A stretch of DNA of 64,000 nucleotides, from assembly GCA_040768245.1 (NCBI GenBank), contig JAXGNA010000008.1:1812-65811 (forward strand). Reading direction: 5' to 3'. The translations under genes were made by a program, and so were the position numbers. The notes under the pieces were generated by a model. It was not told the origin of the DNA. It did no database searches and saw only the letters and a list, made by a program, of their open reading frames with translations. This stretch comes from Methanomassiliicoccales archaeon (GTDB lineage Archaea > Thermoplasmatota > Thermoplasmata > Methanomassiliicoccales > UBA472). Below, piece after piece: positions 61,943 to 64,000 of the stretch; position 1 is the stretch's first letter; every line of letters begins with the position of its first letter.

Positions 61943-63043
61943 GTGATAGGGATGAAGGAGCGAGTGAAGTGGATATTCTCCAATTGCCCGGACGACCTGG
62001 ATGCCATCGTGATAATGAACGGCGAGGAACCGCTCCTGGACGTCGCGTTCCCGTACGTCACCGGCACCCGGGCCGGACTTTTCGAGGGATGCCTGGGCGT
62101 CATCACGCCTGATGGACGCTCGACCATCATAACCTCCGCACTGGAGGAGACCTCCGCCCGCGGCGGCAAGGCCGAGGTGCTGACCTACCGGACGGCGCAG
62201 GACCGCAAGGACCTCGCCACTGGACTGATGAAGGGGTTCCGCAAGATCGGGGTGAACGGGCAGGGCATCGTGCACTCCAACTATCTGGAGGTCCAGAAGC
62301 TGGCCGCCAACGCCGAGCTGGTGGATGTCAGCAAGGGACTTGAGGCATCCCGACTGATCAAGGACGCTGAGGAGGTCCGCAGGATACGCAAGGCCTGCGC
62401 CATAGCTTCCCGGGTGGCTGACGAGATCCCCTCGATGCTCCGCAAGGGCATGAAGGAGTACGAGGCGGCGGCCGAGCTCGATTATCGCATGACCAAGATG
62501 GGCGCCTCCGGGGCGGCCTTCGGCACCAACGCCTCGTTCGGGGCGAGCTCCGCCGAACCGCATCACGGGGCGGAGGACATCTCCCTCAGCGCCGGCGATA
62601 CCACCCTCTTCGATTTCGGATGCAAGGTGGAGGGATATTGCTCGGACATCACCCGTACCTTCTTCTTCGGGGAGCCGAAGGACTGGCAGAGGAGGATGTA
62701 CCAGGTGGTCACCGAGGCGCAGCAGGCCGCTCTGAAGGTCATTAGAGCGGGGGTCAACGGAATGGCCGTGGACGCCGCGGCGCGCGCGGTCATCGACGCC
62801 AGCGAGTTCAAGGGGCTCATGGTCCATTCCACCGGGCACGGTCTCGGTCTTTCGGTCCACGACGGCGGCCGGATGGCGCCGAACCACGATTTCCTGCTGA
62901 AGGCGGGGATGGTGCTGACGGTCGAACCGGGCGTCTACATTCGCGGGCAGGGCGGGGTGCGCATCGAGGACGATGTGTTGATCACCGAGGACGGGTACGA
63001 GATGCTGACCGACGCGGACAAGGAACTGAGGGTGGTCCAGTGA
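61943..63043 (+). CDS. M24B family Xaa-Pro aminopeptidase/dipeptidase
   Basis: 366 aa. Pita-bread metal ligands in 'FDFGCKVEGYCSDITRT', 'HSTGHGLGLSVHD', 'LTVEPGVY' and 'GGVRIEDDVLIT'. Confidence 0.87.
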   Translation: MIGMKERVKWIFSNCPDDLDAIVIMNGEEPLLDVAFPYVTGTRAGLFEGCLGVITPDGRSTIITSALEETSARGGKAEVLTYRTAQDRKDLATGLMKGFRKIGVNGQGIVHSNYLEVQKLAANAELVDVSKGLEASRLIKDAEEVRRIRKACAIASRVADEIPSMLRKGMKEYEAAAELDYRMTKMGASGAAFGTNASFGASSAEPHHGAEDISLSAGDTTLFDFGCKVEGYCSDITRTFFFGEPKDWQRRMYQVVTEAQQAALKVIRAGVNGMAVDAAARAVIDASEFKGLMVHSTGHGLGLSVHDGGRMAPNHDFLLKAGMVLTVEPGVYIRGQGGVRIEDDVLITEDGYEMLTDADKELRVVQ

Positions 63044-64000
63044 TGGACGATCTGCAGTTTGCCGTTGAGCGCATGCGGGCGGAAGGGGCGGACTTCTGCG
63101 ACGCCCGGTATCAGACGATCACGACCAACGGCATCGCGGTGGTGGACGCAGCGGTCCGACGCATATCGGAGGACCGGATCAGAGGGGTCTGCCTGAGAGC
63201 CCGGAAGAAGGGCTCCTGGGGCTACGCCACCACGGTCGACGCGTCCAAGGACATGGTCCTGGAGGCGGCGGTTAAGGCGGCCCGGAACGCCCTGGCCGGC
63301 AACGCGCTGGGAAAACCGATACCGGACACCGGCGAGGACAAGGTCGAACTGAAAGCGCAGGTCAAGCTCCATCCCAGCCAGGTCCCCATGGAGGAGAAGG
63401 TGCAGGCCGTCCTCGACATGGACAGGGCGCAGAAGATCGATCCCCGCATAGTCAACACCAACTCCGTGCTGAGGGAGGAGGTCCGCCAGAACTCCCTGGT
63501 CAACAGCCACGGGCGGCAGCTCAGCTGGGAGGAGGTTCGTACGACGATCATGGTCCAGGCCGTGGCCTCCGAGGCCGGCCGAACCGAGTTCTTCTACGAC
63601 ATAAGAGGCGGCGGTCTTGGTTACGAGGTGGTGAAGGAGACCGACCTCGAGGCGTTCGGACGGGAGGTGGGCAAGGAATCGCTGAAGATGCTCAGCGCCG
63701 AGAAGGCCCCTTCCGGGCTGCTCACCTGCATAACCGACCCGGCCATCTCCGGGCTTTTGGCCCATGAGGTCATGGGGCATGCGTCGGAAGCGGACGAGAT
63801 AGTGAAGAGACGCTCGTTCCTGACGAACATGGTGGGAAAGCAGGTGGGGTCGCCGCTCATCACCATGGTCGACGACGGCACCGTTCCACTGGCCAGGGGG
63901 AGCGTTCCCTTCGACGATGAAGGTACGCCGTCATCTCGGACGTTGATCATCAAGGACGGGGTCTACCAGGGCTACATGCAATCCCTGGAGACCGCGGCGG
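63043..64000 (+). CDS. tldD: TldD/PmbA-family metalloprotease (3'-truncated by the window end)
   Basis: Not in the ORF track because it has no stop. Hand translation from ATG 63043 (TGATG junction) gives 'MDDLQFAVERMRAEGADFCDARY...LLAHEVMGHASEADE...GSVPFDDEGTP'. It carries the TldD HExxxH motif and stays open to position 64000. Confidence 0.85.
   Translation, partial: MDDLQFAVERMRAEGADFCDARYQTITTNGIAVVDAAVRRISEDRIRGVCLRARKKGSWGYATTVDASKDMVLEAAVKAARNALAGNALGKPIPDTGEDKVELKAQVKLHPSQVPMEEKVQAVLDMDRAQKIDPRIVNTNSVLREEVRQNSLVNSHGRQLSWEEVRTTIMVQAVASEAGRTEFFYDIRGGGLGYEVVKETDLEAFGREVGKESLKMLSAEKAPSGLLTCITDPAISGLLAHEVMGHASEADEIVKRRSFLTNMVGKQVGSPLITMVDDGTVPLARGSVPFDDEGTPSSRTLIIKDGVYQGYMQSLETAA

Noticed and set aside
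61063-63780. Long minus-strand ORFs 61063..62169, 61913..62887 and 62935..63780
   Set aside because: They lie antisense to nadX, the M24 peptidase gene and tldD, which all carry clear catalytic motifs. The antisense translations are Arg/Gly/Pro/His-rich with no domains.
1-64000. Pyrrolysine/amber or other stop-codon recoding, CRISPR arrays, IS elements, rRNA
   Set aside because: No pair of same-frame ORFs interrupted by a single TAG was evident. The TAG stops (for example PhoU paralogue 2 and nadX) are followed quickly by further stops or by non-coding sequence. No repeat-spacer periodicity, transposase or integrase motifs, or rRNA-like sequence was seen.

Overview
This is a high-GC archaeal chromosomal segment; hand counts of housekeeping lines give about 58-70% G+C. 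Coding density is high, and translation, tRNA and ribosome-biogenesis genes dominate.

Main gene content:
- Aminoacylation and translation factors: TrpRS, PheRS-alpha, ArgRS, DTD2 deacylase, aRF1, aIF1A.
- RNA modification and ribosome biogenesis: Pus10, archease, KsgA, Rio1, aDim2, ribosomal proteins L15e and L21e, Rpo4, and several THUMP or TrmO-like proteins.
- Replication: the replicative family-B DNA polymerase.
- Metabolism: purP, pyrH, adk, proBA, tdh-kbl, nadX, lplA.

The gene set (DUF1638, LplA catalytic-domain-only ligase, bacterial-type Zn-lid Adk, BspA-like and PKD adhesin-like proteins) suggests a Thermoplasmatota, Methanomassiliicoccales-like genome. That placement is inference only.

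There are three tRNA genes: Gln-CUG, Leu-CAG and an intron-containing Glu-UUC. I saw no rRNA, CRISPR array, transposase or integrase.

The ORF track treats GTG and TTG as Met starts. Because of the GC content it also lists many long antisense shadow ORFs, which I rejected. Several track ORFs needed start trimming to TGATG or ATGA overlap junctions.

Accessory content:
- a 965-aa PKD/CARDB surface protein;
- a BspA-type LRR surface protein followed by a small membrane protein plus RHH-fusion pair;
- a three-gene glycosylation operon;
- a TM-only MgtE channel with two PhoU/TrkA_C paralogues;
- an MMPL transporter with a TrmB regulator;
- two orphan histidine kinases.

The most anomalous locus is an AT-rich insertion of about 1.4 kb (~31.73-33.11 kb) between polB and rpl15e. 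It carries an orphan ~393-aa gene with its own TATA box placed for a leaderless mRNA. Next to it is a compact four-helix structured RNA leader upstream of rpl15e.

All functional calls come from motif recognition by eye. No database search was run.
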